DNA of 64,000 bases from Octopus sinensis. Lineage: Eukaryota. A program made the translations under genes and the position numbers. The stretch spans positions 50,840,001 through 50,904,000 of the forward strand of contig NC_043007.1 of assembly GCF_006345805.1 (NCBI RefSeq), given 5' to 3'. Of the stretch, positions 13,753 through 27,261 are shown one piece after another (the stretch's first letter is position 1; every line of letters begins with the position of its first letter). The notes under the pieces were generated by a model, which worked only from the letters and a program-made list of their open reading frames with translations, made no database searches and was not told where the DNA came from.

Positions 13753-14413
13753 GATGTGAAAACAAATTGTTGGAAGTCAAGTAGACTGAGACGTACATAT
13801 AGTTTTATCGTATAGAGTGGATTTCAGTATGAAGCTTTGAACTCATTATTTTGTGGTTAGGAATCCATTACCTTAAATTTGAAGCCATTAAGTATTTAAC
13901 AATTACTTTGATGGGTTTAGTTTTTCGACTATCACGATGATGGAGTAACACCTTCAAAAATTTCATTGGTCATACTGACCTCAATACGTATTTTATTCCG
14001 TTATTTATTTTATAGATCTTTGTTTCATGAACTGTTAACTTTGAGACATAGTGGGACACAATATTCGATTTAACAACAAATGTAAATACACACACACACA
14101 CACGTATACACATCAGGTGCAAGAATAGCTGTGTGGTTGAGAATTTTGCTTCCCAACCACATGGTTCCACGTTCAGTCCCCCTGCCTGATGCCTTGGGCA
14201 AGTATTTTCTAGGCCAACCACAAACTTGTGACTGAATTTGATAGACGGAAACTGCAGTGTTGTTCTTCAGAAAATGGACCGAAAGGCATTTTTATAAAGA
14301 AGAGTTGTTTGCTTCATACTCCTTGTGTGCCGATTTTGCCCATAAGAGAGGAACAAATAATACAATGTGGCTACAGGTCATAACAACCGGGCAACACCGG
14401 GATGCATTACTTG

Positions 14414-14496
<83 letters not shown>

Positions 14497-15677
14497 CACA
14501 CAGACACACATATATACATTCACACGTACATACATACATACATGCATATATATATATGTATATATATTTTATTCTTTTGTTCTTTTTATTTGTTTACGGC
14601 CATGCAAGAGCTCCGCCTTAACTCGAACAAATCAACCCCAGGACTTATTCTTTGTAAGCCTAGTACTTATTCTTTCAGTCTCTTTAACCGAACCGCTAAG
14701 TTGCGGGAATTAAATACACCAACATCGATGGGGGGCGGCAAACACAGATACACAAACATATACATACATATGAAGGAATCTCCCGTAGAAGAGTATTCAA
14801 TTTTTGCTGAATGACCTCCACAAATGGTTTGGTTTATAGTCATCAACTGATGTCCTAGTGATCGCAAAGAAACGTGAAATGTTTTGCTCCCACTTTTCTG
14901 AGAGGAGCTTCTACCTCTAAAACGCCTTTCATTTTCTTACATATCTTTGGTCTTGGGTTTTTTTTTCTTTGATAGTAATGCTTTCTCTGCATATACATAC
15001 ATGCAAATGCTTTCCAAATTAAAATTGCACTTCATTTTTGAAACTCCAGTCTGATACATAAGCACTCAATTATGAGTGCATTACAGAAACAGGTGTAAAC
15101 TAATGAAGGTTCATGACAATTTCTTATTCCATTGTCATATAGGTAATGTCTTATTGCTCTGTACACAATTTTCACCTTGTACTGAAGCATATGTATATTG
15201 AGTTCTGTTAGTACTGATATGCCTAAGCGAATGTATATATATATATATATATATATATACATACGAGTATACACACACATACACACCATTACGTCTATTT
15301 TTTAAGACTTGAAAATCTCATGAATATTATCAACACTGTTTCTAATTAGTTCAATACGATATAATATCTCAAAATGTTATATAAAAATATATTTATAATT
15401 AACCGAATACAATAAGATATATTTACAGAAGCCATTGCCCTAATTACTAATCATATAAATTACTAGGGTGTTACTCTCAGATGACGGATAACTTTTGAAG
15501 TATACTTTTGCCACCAATGGTTGATAGAAAATATGGCTTACGTACAATAATGATAATCAAGCTCCAATCAAATTTCTATGAATACTAATTTTCAAAATAA
15601 AGGGAAATACAACAAAGCCGCTTATTTGAAATAAGTATGTTATGATTTATATAAGTATGTTATATTTGAAATAAGTA

Positions 15678-16358
15678 TGCTGTCTTGAATTTCTTTCAAA
15701 TGACGATTCCGGAATTTTCACTCCACAATCAACCTTTTGGATTTTGGCTCAAAGTAATGAACCCAGTGACTATTTTCTCCAAAAAAGCTTCACTTCATCG
15801 TTGTTACGGTCGAGTAAGCGTTAACGGATCTTCACACGATTGCACTTATGCGCTTCGGTAAGCTCTCTTGGCAGCCATCTTCCACAAACTTTACGTATGC
15901 AGAACCTTCATGAATTTGCAGAAAAAAATGTCACTTGTCGCTTCACCAGAACCATCTCTCGAGCTTTTTGAATCTTCACGTTAGTGGTTGACGGGCGTCC
16001 TGCTCTCTTTATTCTTCGCGCTTGGCCAGCTATGTTTAAACTTCTCGATCCACTCATACACATTTCTATGTGGTAGAGCTCCGACGCCGTATAGTACTGA
16101 AAGTTTACGACTAATATCAACCCTGGACACACTACAAAGCAGAGAAATCGGACCACTGATCTCTATTCTTCGTTGGTGCACTCTGCCAGCGGAGCGGTCA
16201 TGTTTAAACTGTAACGCAAGAAAACTGGAGCGATCAAGGTCAAACCTAGGTTACGTAACCACAAGTGTGCCACCTTTTAGTACGCAAGGCTGAAGGAAAT
16301 GCGACCAGCCTAAAGAGATTTTTGGCGAAAATGCGGATAACTTTTTTTTATTTCCCCT
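15678..16358 (-). mobile_element. Mariner-like DNA transposon, 5' part, with a decayed transposase
   Basis: TIR-like end TAAGGGGAAATAAAAAAAAGTTATCCGC (~16330-16358) and ATG at 16201. Motifs across frames: MTAPLAECT, RSVVRFL, VYEWIEKFK, RAGRPST, KVCGRWLPRELT, FLEKIVTG, VHYFEPKSK, KKFKT. Confidence 0.88.
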
Positions 16359-17713
16359 TATATATTTCTCCAATCATGTGTATACTAAGTCATATACTCA
16401 ATATGCACATATATGTGTCCTGTTTAGACGTTCTAAAAAATTTAGTCTATCACACCAGCACACATTTTTCATATTACACATGTATTTTTATATGTATGTA
16501 TGTATTTATCCGCTATTCTATTCAATAACTCCTCCAACAACTGCCTTGTGCTTTACTTTTCTCTTTCTCATTGTGTGTAGCGTCCTTTTATTCATTGCCT
16601 GCCAGCAAGCCTACTACTTGCACTCATCCCGCACCTCTACTGTTAATTTCTGTAACTTCCTCTCCAGTCTATGATGTAATGTCTGACTGGAGAATGCAAC
16701 CAACCAACCAGCCAACCAACCAACATTTACATCAGCTATTGTCATATATGAACTATTCAAGCACAAACATTCTAAATGAAAGCTGACTGTCATGTATTCG
16801 TTTCTTTACAGAAAATCCTTCCTCGTTGTGAATCATCAACATATACTTGCTGTGGGGAGTATAACAGCTATGGCTTTTACGCATGCGCCGAATCGAAAAA
16901 GTCATGAATATTTTGAACAATTAGATCAGAAAGGTGAATGAAAACATTCGTGGGACGATGACGATGACCATCATGACCATGATGAGAATGACAACTGGGA
17001 CAGGGATGACGATGATGACTATGGTGTTCTTGGACATCATGATGATGACGTGATAATGGAAAGGTAGAGAAATATAAAAAAAAACAGAGGGTGTAGGAGG
17101 AGAGGTAGGTGAGGAAGAAGAACAAGAAAAGGGGGGCTCGTAATTGTCACCATCTTTAATTATTCACCGTACAAGTCAGCTTTGATTGGTTTGTGTCAAA
17201 GGTCATATATAAAATTTCATTTATTCCTTTTACCCCTTTATTTCGTCAATCAAAGTAGAACCCTCGCCTTTTCCCTTCCCAAAATTCATTATCATAATGG
17301 CGGAAGGTCAATGACTTACTCATTTGTCTTTGTAAGATCTCACAACCGCGCCTCCATTTCTTACACACAATGACGCACGTACACGTACACACACACATAC
17401 ACTTGCGTGTACAAATATATCAGAGAAACATACAGATGCATACATACACACATACACATGCACATACATCCACATACATACGTACAAACACATACGTACA
17501 CGCACGCACACGCTCGTACACACACACACACACACATACACGCAAGCACACACACACGCGTGTGTGTGTATGTGTGAGTGTGTGTGTGTATCTTTCTCGT
17601 TGGTCGTAGTGGTGGTATTGATATTGTTTCTTGTTGTTGCTGGTGGTGGTGGTGGTGGTGATGGAGGAGTAGTAGTGGCGGTGTTAATGGCGGGAATGGT
17701 AGTGGACTTAGTG

Positions 17714-17797
<84 letters not shown>

Positions 17798-18414
17798 ATA
17801 GTCGTGGTGGTAATAGTGATTATGTCGATGTTACTAGTAATGTTACTAGTAATAGTAGAATTGGTGGCGGTGGTGGTGGTGGGGGCATAGTAGGGGTGGT
17901 GATGGCGGCGATGCTTGTGTTGACGGTGGTGCTACTACTAGTGATGCTGATGAAAGTGAAATTATGTTGCCGTTGTAGTAGACTAGTCCCAAGTTCGCCC
18001 TGATTCAGAAGGACCAAAAAAGTGCTCTGTCTGTGACTATCTCTAATAAATACACAGGCATTTTCTTTTGTCCCGCATTGTAACCTAATTTGCAATAGTC
18101 GCAGTAACAATATCTTTCAACCAATCAAGTGTCATATTACAAGGTCATCTTCTTAACTCTTTCATTCAAACACCACCTTACTTTTCTCCACACTCCCCAC
18201 AGCAAGTATATGTTGACATAATTTCCCCGGTTCCTCTACCTAAACTACTAAGATAAAGCTCAGCGACAATTAGCTTTGATGAAACAACTGTCGTAAGAAT
18301 ATTAATAAATCCACTTGCAATATACTCTATATTCAGAATCGAGTTTTTTCCTAAGTGTAGGCTAAAAAGATTCGATCCATACTCATTTAAATACCTATAA
18401 TATATATGTATGTT

Positions 18415-18539
18415 AGGTCAAAGATATCTTGATTAAATTAAAGGCTACATTAACACTCGGAAGACTGAATCTTCCATGCGACAACATGTACATCTTTGCA
18501 ACAATGTGACCTTTAATTTAATCAAGATATCCTTGGCCT
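18415..18539. repeat. 125-bp unit with 30-bp terminal inverted repeats (MITE-like or PLE-tail hairpin)
   Basis: AGGTCAAAGATATCTTGATTAAATTAAAGG versus CCTTTAATTTAATCAAGATATCCTTGGCCT, two mismatches. Confidence 0.75.
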
Positions 18540-18870
18540 TTGGAGTTTTACCACTTCTGAGGTTCCGACCGATATGAAACATATGTAGCCCGAATCTTAC
18601 CTACACCATTCCGTAACTCTTGTATTTTTATTCGCACACCCGGTAACCTTGGTCGCCTACCTTGGAATATAAAAAGATCTTTTTTCAGCTTATCATTCTT
18701 CGATCTGAATAATTCACTATTGTCCCTGAAAGTTGTTTTTATTAATATTTACTACGGAATGCTAACTTTATGCCTACACCTGTACAATCCCTGGATCGTA
18801 CATTTATATACATACATACATACATACATACATACATACTACATACATACATACATACATACATACTTGC

Positions 18871-18925
<55 letters not shown>

Positions 18926-18959
18926 ATATTCTGTAAATGACAATAACATTTATAATCTT

Positions 18960-19775
18960 AACGGCACGTCAATCTACAATGGCGCGTCAAAATCGTCACC
19001 TGCACCGACAACACATGCAGGACCGATTCCAGAGGGCAACGGAATCAGCTAAGCAGACTATAGGGACTCATCAAAGAGATAGTTCTCCGCCGGCTGTGAT
19101 CTTTCAACCTGTTTTGTCGACGTCCGGATAGGTGCCCCATCCTCACTGATCGTCACCGACGGGCACGTCTGCAGTGGGCTCAAAAAACATCAGAACTGGT
19201 GATGTCAGCAGTGGGGGAATGTAGACTTCTCTGACGAAAGTCGATATTGCATTTCTGTGGCAGATGGTAGAGGTCGGGTTTGGAGAAGAAGGAGCGAACG
19301 TCATGGCAATGGCTGTGTATGGAAGAGAGACTCACGGGGAGGACAGAGCATCATGGTATGGGGCGGGATTGCACTCAACCAAAAACTTGGATCGGTGGTC
19401 TTCCAAAAGATTGGCCAAGGCCTGGGTAATGGAGTAACCACTGCTCGCTACATCGACCAAGTGTTGAGGACTCACATTGTGTCATACTTTGCCCGTCATC
19501 AGAATCACGTGTTCCAACACGACAACGCCCGTACCCAAACTGCCAGGTTGACAACAGACTTCATCCAACAGTACAACATCCAAACACTGCTATGGACTAA
19601 GTCAGGACTTGAACCCCTTAGAGCACCTGTGGGATGAAATCAAAGAAGGTTAAATGACATCCGTTCAAGGCCGGCAAATGCGGTACAACACACTGCAAGT
19701 TTTAACTGAGTGTGAGCTGTTATCCTCGTGGCCTTCATCAATCGTTTGGTGCACTCAATGTACAGAAGATGCCTG
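18960..19775 (+). mobile_element. Tc1-like transposase pseudogene (DD34E type)
   Basis: RHRRARLQWA, FSDESR, GRGRVWRR, IMVWGGI, FQHDNART, DLNPLEHLWDE and INRLVHSMYRRC across frameshifts; ORF 19257-19637. No TIRs seen. Confidence 0.92.
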
Positions 19776-20059
19776 CTAACGATCCTGCCAGCTCACCGCT
19801 CTATTAAATATTGGATATTGGTTTCCAATTTTGGCAATAGTTTTAGAGAAATCGATTATATCGATTCCAATATTCAACAGGTACTTATTTCATCGACCCC
19901 GAAAAGATGAAAGGTAAATTTAACTCAAGCTGAATTTGAAATCGGAATGTAAAGACAGATCGACTTTAATATTAAATGCCTGGGTCGACTTTGATATTAA
20001 ATATTGGTCTTAAATTTTGACGCAGGGCCACCTTAATATTAAATATTAAAGGCAATTAA

Positions 20060-20280
20060 GACGGCGAGGTGACAGAATCGTTAGCGCCCCGACAAAATAC
20101 TTTACAGCATTTCGTCAATCTTTGTGTTCTGAGTTCAAATTCTTACGAGGTCGACTTTGCTTTTCATTCTTTCGAGGTTGGTAAAATAAGTACCAGTTGA
20201 GTATTGGGTTCGATGTGACTTACCTCTTCCCTTAAAACTGCTGGCCTTGTACCAAAATTTGGAACCAATATTAAAATCAA
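20060..20280 (+). mobile_element. SINE family C (GAGGTCGACTTTGCCTTTCATCC..AAGTACCAGTTGAG core)
   Basis: Same conserved core as many copies, e.g. 3190-3500, 19860-19960, 42790-43030, 57890-57980 and 59210-59420. Confidence 0.8.
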
Positions 20281-21549
20281 TTGTGTGTGCGTGCATAGCG
20301 ACTAAGGTTATGTACATATATGAATATTGTGTATATTTATTTGCACGCACTCACTCATAAACACACGTACGCACACATATACACACGCGAAAAGAACACA
20401 GCATGTGGTGTCAGTCTGTACATACCTAATAAAACATATCTTATCTTTTAAATTTCAAGAACGTTAAGGCAACGACCAATGTAAAGAAAATACACCGACG
20501 ACGACGACAAAAAGTAAGACGATGATGGTGGTGGTGGTGGTGGCGGCGGCGGTGATGATAGTGATGGTGGCGGTGGTGATGATGATGATGATGATGATGA
20601 CGACGACGACGTTGATGATGATGATGATGTTGATGACGACGACGACGATGACGATGATGATCGAGATGAAGATGATGACGATAATGATGACGGTGATGAT
20701 GCTAATGTGAAGGAGAAGGAGGAAGATAACGAATAGTAAATAAAATGTAGAAAACTGTAAAATCGCCCGGTTGTGTGAAATGTGAGAAGTGTGACTTGTG
20801 CGATTGTGGCAGCAATGTTCTTAAGGAAGCCACGACTACAGCTGTCGAAGAACTGGCTTAATTTGGTCAAACTAATTGCCGCAGTTGGCATCGACATCGG
20901 GGTTTCCCCCCTTCACAACAGATCCAGTTACACTTTCTCCATCCCTTTTCTCATTGTTTTTACTTTATTTCCATTTTCTCTTCCTCCTCCTCCTCTTTCC
21001 CGGCCCTCGGGCCACACTGCCCCTTGTGCCACCAGCCAATTTCCCATTGACGTCGTATTAGTTTAGTGTATGATTAGATAAATGTTAATAAGAAAAGGTT
21101 TTACAGGGTCAAGATGAGATGTGTCAGAGCATATTTAACGACTTTGTCGTTGTAATGACACAGACTAAGAAGGACATGGGCTCCAGGCGGTCCCGATAAG
21201 ACAGTGAGATAGGGTTTCAATTCATATTCACTTCATAAACACCAATAATGATGAATATAATGACACACCAGCTTCTTACCTTCAATAACTGGCGTTATGG
21301 CCCCAGTTTATCTTTAAATCACCAGTTATACACTGCGTCCATCTCTATAGCTTCACGGCAAACATTTGCCTTTATACGTACTTAACAAAAATTAATTTAA
21401 AATAAAACAAAACAAACGAAAAAATGACATTGCTTTATCCGTCTTTTGCTATGAATCTGTCTGTTTGTCTCATACTCATACACACTCTCTTCATCCCATA
21501 CACATACGTCCGCGCGCACACACACACACACACACACAATATCCTCACT

Positions 21550-21780
21550 TTTTACTTATATTTGCTGTGGCCATGCTGGAGCACCGCCTTTAGTCGAAGA
21601 TGTCAACCCCAGGACTTACTCTATACGACGTGCTTCTCTCAGTTTCTGTCTCCCAAATTCACTCACAAGGCTTTGGTCGGCCGAGGCTATAGTAGAATAC
21701 ACTTGTACAAAGAGCCACGCACTAGGACTGAACCTAGAACCATGTGGTTTGGAAGCAAGCTTCTTACCACACAGCCACAA
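21550..21780 (-). mobile_element. SINE family A with internal deletion
   Basis: Tail and head segments are joined without the central part. Confidence 0.75.
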
Positions 21781-22121
21781 GTATATATAATTTTGAGTTC
21801 TCTCGTCCTTATATTTTGCTACGGTACTATATTCACCCCGGCATGATTTCTGACATTAACCACATGGCTGAGATGGGCAATTAGATATAATGTATACGCG
21901 GGAAATACGCAGAAATTTATCGGTATGTATATGCATTTTTCACTTATATATTGTCAATGTATCTCTACTGAAGAGTGTGAAGTAATTTTTATTGCAGAAA
22001 TCTTAAGATAGTATTATCCGAAAGTTTTGTAAATCTTCTTGCCCATTGCCTCGCATTTGGCCTTGTGTTGTAATTAAAATAAAGAACAAATTTAGAGTGA
22101 GTTGCAGACATTGGATATGTG

Positions 22122-22158
<37 letters not shown>

Positions 22159-23123
22159 ATACGTGTATGTGTGAGTGTGAAGGTGCATAGCCTTGCGGTT
22201 AGTGTGACGGAGGCAGGATCGTAATATTCTTGATTCGAGTTTTGAAATGGGCAGTTCATTGAGTCTATGAGTAAGGTATTTCATTGCAGGTTACTCCAGT
22301 CTACTCAATTCAACATGATATTATGTCTGAGCCAAGAGTCGGAGGGCTGCTAGGGTGCCTTTGTCTACTCACCACGACATTGACACATAGATCAAATGGT
22401 GAAAGCACGGTTCAGGCCAGCGAGTCATGCTTGTTGCGAGAGACAGGTATGTTTTATGCATTATATATATATATATATAACAAAATTAATAGAATGAAAA
22501 AACTACAGAAGACATGTATTATATGGTAAGAGAATATATTTAAATCATCTTGTTACAAAAATGTTATAAAATTTTGTGTGTAGTGACATTGTTTTTGAAG
22601 AAATAACTGGCTTCGTATTTTCTTTTCAAATTTCTCAAATTTCTTTACCCATATTGTGTCATCTCTTTTCTATGGTGTGATGTAGGAGAGTTCCAAACAG
22701 GGGGGGGGAGGTAATCGGGGATTTATTCAGTATAAGGGAGATAATCAAAAATATTGGGAATGATTAGGTTTTATTAATTTAACAACACAAAACAACACTA
22801 GGATAAGAAGCACACCACATACCAGGCATTACTATCCCATGACCCAAAACTACTGGTCCCCACCGAACACAAGAACAACACAAAATAACATTAGGTCAAG
22901 AAACACCCCGCATACAAGAAATTCCAAACAAAAATATGCGACATACAGAAATGTTACACACATCACTAACCAAAACACCCATAGACACCCACACACACAT
23001 AACAATCTGTAGCAAAAAAAACACAACTCCCCCAGACCAATCCCATACAACCTTACAGACAGCTCATGCAAGCAAAATTGCAACCAACATTTTTTAGCCC
23101 TAGACCAGAAGCACCATGACAGG

Positions 23124-25337
23124 TTGGAACCTGGTGATCAAGAAAAACCGAAGATAATTAACTTCTCAACTAAACCTCTTTCAGGCACAAAGATAGACAT
23201 CTTCTCAAAAGGGTTAAAACTCACCCCAACACCACGCAGAGCCAACCAAAATGAAGTGAAGGACAATATAATAGAATTCTGTGCAAAATTAAGACTCACA
23301 GAAGCATTAACCAGTTACAAAGACAAAATTGAACACATCCCTCACAAAGGAAGAAATAAAAATCTTGATGAATTTTGCAATCACATTGAGAACATTCCCT
23401 ACCACACCATGCTTAAACAGACAATTACTTCAAACTCTAGCACTACACAATGGAGGGAGCTAACAGAACTTCAAAATAATGAAGATATAACGACTAAGGA
23501 AGCAGATAAAGGGAATGCGTGGTAGTGATGGACACATTATACTATAAAAAAATCTAGTAATCTCCATGCTGAATGAAAGTCAACATTGCGAAAAAATCAC
23601 AAACTACACACCGCAAAAAATAAGGAAAACTTTATCCTCACTAATTAAAACCAATGAAAAAGAACTGACAACCAAAGAAATTGGCTATTTAACAAACTTT
23701 AAATGCAAACCTACCCTTTTGTACGGTCTACCAAAAATCCACAAAAGCCAGATTATAAATGAAACCATAAAAAGTCACCAAAGACATGCATGCATACTCT
23801 AAACCCAGGGGACCTAAAATTGCGACCCATTATAGACGACCCAGCCTGTGAAACACACAAACTAAGTCTATTTATGGACATCCTCCTGAAACACATCAAA
23901 GATGACTTGGACATGTTAAATTACCTCCTCAAAAAAGTTAAGGAAGAAACAATCATGGTTTCATTTGATGTAATTAACTTATATACTAGTATACCTCATA
24001 ATTATGGGCTAGAGGCAATTCAATTCTGAGTGGACCAATATCTGGAAGAAATACCGGAAAAAATCAGCAAAGAATTCATAATTGAATCGGTTGAGTTCAT
24101 CCTACGAAACAACCATTTCATGTTTAATAACACTTTTTATCGACAAAAATCCGGAATTGCCATGGGTACTAGGGCAGCCCCAGTCATTGCGAACCTAACA
24201 ATGGGCTATCTGGAAATAATAATATACCAGGAATCTTTCTCTACATTTGGAAACCCCCTTTCCCAATACATAAAAGAGAATTGGAAAAGATTCCTGGATG
24301 ACTGTTTTATCCTCTGGAGTGAAAACACAGACAAACTCCTGGAATTCAAAAGACTATTGAACAGCGTCAACCCAAACATACAGTTCACAATGGAATACGA
24401 CCAAAAGGATCTCCCATTTTTGGATATACTAATTAAAAAAATAAACCTAAATATAGAAACGGACATATTTTACAAAACCACAGACGCCAAACCATATCTA
24501 CTATTTAATTCATGCTACCCGAGACACACCAAAACAAACATCCCCTTTAACCTCGAAAGAAAGATATGCACCATAGCGTTAGAGAAAAATACCAGAGACT
24601 TTAGACTGCAAGAACTCAAAAACACCCTGATTGACAGATACTACCCAGTTCATCTCATAGAGGATGGAATCAGACATTCAACAGAAATCGGCATAAAAAT
24701 CTTAAGAAATGTTCAACACACCTTCCCCGAAAATACTACCGTACATATCCACATACAACCTCAGAAACAAAGAAGCCTTCACCATCATCACCCAAAACCT
24801 ACCAATGCTACATAAGGACCCCAAAGTAAAGGAAATTTTACACACACATAACATCATAAAAAGCCACAATCAACTGATATCACTAAAAAAGATCCTCACA
24901 AATGCAAAATTATTTTCTAAAATAACAGACGCAAAAGGGAAGAAATGTGGTCGACCAAATTGCACAACATGCCGAAACCTTCTAGAAGGATTAGAATTCC
25001 TTTTTAAAGAGGGACAAAAATTCAAAATCAAATTTGATTTTACTTGTGCCTCAGAAAACATGATTTATGTTATAAGATGCTCGGGCTTCCAACAAAACTA
25101 CATAGGGCCCACAGAATTATCGTTCAGACGCAGATGCATTCTGCACCGACAGGAGATTGCATTCCCAGAATACAGAATGATATTAGTGAACACACTAAGA
25201 GATGCACAAAGCAACTGCTACCACAATTTGTAATCTTTCCATTTTATTAATGTGCCATTGGAACACTAACACAAGTTAGATTAAATAAGGAAACCTACTT
25301 CGTTGAAAAATATAAACCAAAACTTAACCACTTCTAA
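23124..25337 (+). pseudogene. PLE reverse transcriptase-GIY-YIG endonuclease ORF, multiply frameshifted
   Basis: SKGLKLTPTP, KEADKG, LYGLPKIHK, LRPII, SFDVINLYTSIP, GIAMGTRAAPVIANLTM, WKRFLDDCFILW, FTME, LPFLDILI, KCGRPNCTTC, NMIYVIRC..NYIG and ETYFVEKYKPKLN. Confidence 0.93.
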
Positions 25338-25539
25338 CATTTTATTTTATCAAAACCAAATCATGTTAAATTAATATAAACCTAATCATACCCAACATTT
25401 ATTCGGTATAAGGGAGACATTCGGTATAAGGGAGATAATCTCCCTTATACCGAATAAATCCCTGATTACCTCCCCCTGTTTGGAACTCTCCTACATCACA
25501 CCATAGAAAAGAGCTGACACAATATGGGTAAAGAAATTT

Positions 25540-25579
25540 GAGAAATTTGAAAAGAAAATACGAAACCGGTTATTTGTCC
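25540..25579 (+). ncRNA. Decayed minimal hammerhead in PLE 3' repeat (mirror copy at 22597-22636, minus strand)
   Basis: GAGAAAT|TTGAAAA|G AAAATA C|GAAA|CCGGT|T|ATTTGTCC. It has a 1-bp stem II and a palindromic stem III (ACCGGT). The core differs from CTGAAGA by C>T and G>A in both arms. Confidence 0.55.
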
Positions 25580-25766
25580 AAAAACAATGTCACTACACAC
25601 AAAATTTTAAAACATTTTCGTAACATGACGATTTAAATATATTCTTTAACCATATAATACAAGTCTTCTGTAGTTTTTTCATTCTATTTTGTTTTTTATA
25701 CATCCAACCACGTGCTTTCACATACCAACTCCCTCACTCACACACACACACACACACACACACACA

Positions 25767-25887
<121 letters not shown>

Positions 25888-26059
25888 TGTATATGGTGTT
25901 GTTATGTTGGAAAGATCAACAAAAAAAGTCCTCCGTCCAGCACGAGAGAAATATCAACTGGTAAAAAAGAGATTTAAATGTTACCTACCATTACGATTCA
26001 TACTCGGATAGTGGAGGAATCGGACGAGCTTGTATAGCGTTCCGTTACATATATACTGG

Positions 26060-26067
26060 CAGACAAA

Positions 26068-26161
<94 letters not shown>

Positions 26162-26174
26162 ATCTATCTTTCTT

Positions 26175-26245
<71 letters not shown>

Positions 26246-26273
26246 ATCTATCTATCTATCTATCTTCTTTCTT

Positions 26274-26312
<39 letters not shown>

Positions 26313-26336
26313 ATCTATCTATCTATCTATCGATCG

Positions 26337-26370
<34 letters not shown>

Positions 26371-26373
26371 ATA

Positions 26374-26413
<40 letters not shown>

Positions 26414-26475
26414 GCTTGCTAGCTAGCTATCTCTTTGTCCGCCTGTCTATATCTCTATCTATCTATCTATCTATC
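26060..26475. repeat. (TATC)n/(TTTC)n/(TGTC)n compound microsatellite
   Basis: Directly visible. Confidence 0.98.
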
Positions 26476-26704
26476 TGTCCGTCTCTCTAACTATGTATCT
26501 ATCTATATCTCTCTGTGTGCGAGTGTGTGCATGTTTATGTGTCCACATACATATCTGTGTGTTTGTGTGTCTGGCTGTATGTATGTTTGTATGTATGTGT
26601 GTGTGTATGAATGTCTCTTCTATTTTTTAATTATCATATATCTTTCACTGAGGAAGGAGCCGGTTTCCAACAAAATATAAGGCTCAATTTTGGGGATGTA
26701 GCTA

Positions 26705-27200
26705 ACACAGACAAATTGGAACTTGAGAAAAGTCTTGAATATTCTTGCTGTTTCACTCACAGATTGCACTTGTAATGTACAAACTAGCCGGTCGATTTCT
26801 CTTTTTGAAATTCCACTTTATCCAGATTCTCCTTTAAGCATTTATTAACAAAATTTAGTGCTCCAAATATTAATGGTATGAATATGAATTCATATTCATA
26901 TATAGAAGCATATATAAATTTCTTTTTTTTCCTTTGATTTTCAAAGAGATATTTATATCTGCAAGGCAGCTAACCTCTATGAGAGTACGTACCGTGGCAC
27001 CTCTGTCCCAAACAACAATATCCAGTCTGTTATGTTTACACTTGACAGAGGTTTTGATGGGAATATTCCATCAGTATTCCTTGGGTTGGTGTTTATGAAT
27101 GTATTCCATAAGAGAGGGATTTTCTAAGTTTATTTCAGGACACTCTTTTTTGTGGATGGCATTGTAAATTGTTTTAGCAACAATATCGTGCCGCATAGGG
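26705..27200 (-). mobile_element. Dong/R4-type LINE, restriction-like endonuclease C-terminal remnant
   Basis: Manual minus-strand translation: MRHDIVAKTIYNAI, WNIPIKTSVKCKHNRLDIVVWD, IEVSCLADINISLK and FGALNFV. These fit the RHD, (P)D and E RLE motifs. Confidence 0.8.
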
Positions 27201-27261
27201 ATTTTGTTAAATTTTTGTATTTTCTATTTACCAGCGAATTTGATTAAAATCTGAGACTCTA

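Larger units (their letters stand above)
22477..25699 (+). mobile_element. Penelope-like element (RT + GIY-YIG), near full length, with ~310-bp terminal inverted repeats
   Basis: Arms 22477-22783 and 25364-25699 are reverse complements (~90% by eye). Decayed RT and GIY-YIG coding sequence lies inside. (TA)n is on the left flank. Confidence 0.92.

Noticed and set aside
21968-22012. CTGAAGA...GAAATCTTAAGAT hammerhead-like string
   Set aside because: Stem III is palindromic, but there is no credible stem I or stem II. The core 7-mers are expected dozens of times by chance in 128 kb of both strands.
26936-27128. Plus-strand open frame with an Ig-like YICKAANLY string
   Set aside because: The opposite strand gives a clear RLE endonuclease remnant, so the plus frame is its shadow.
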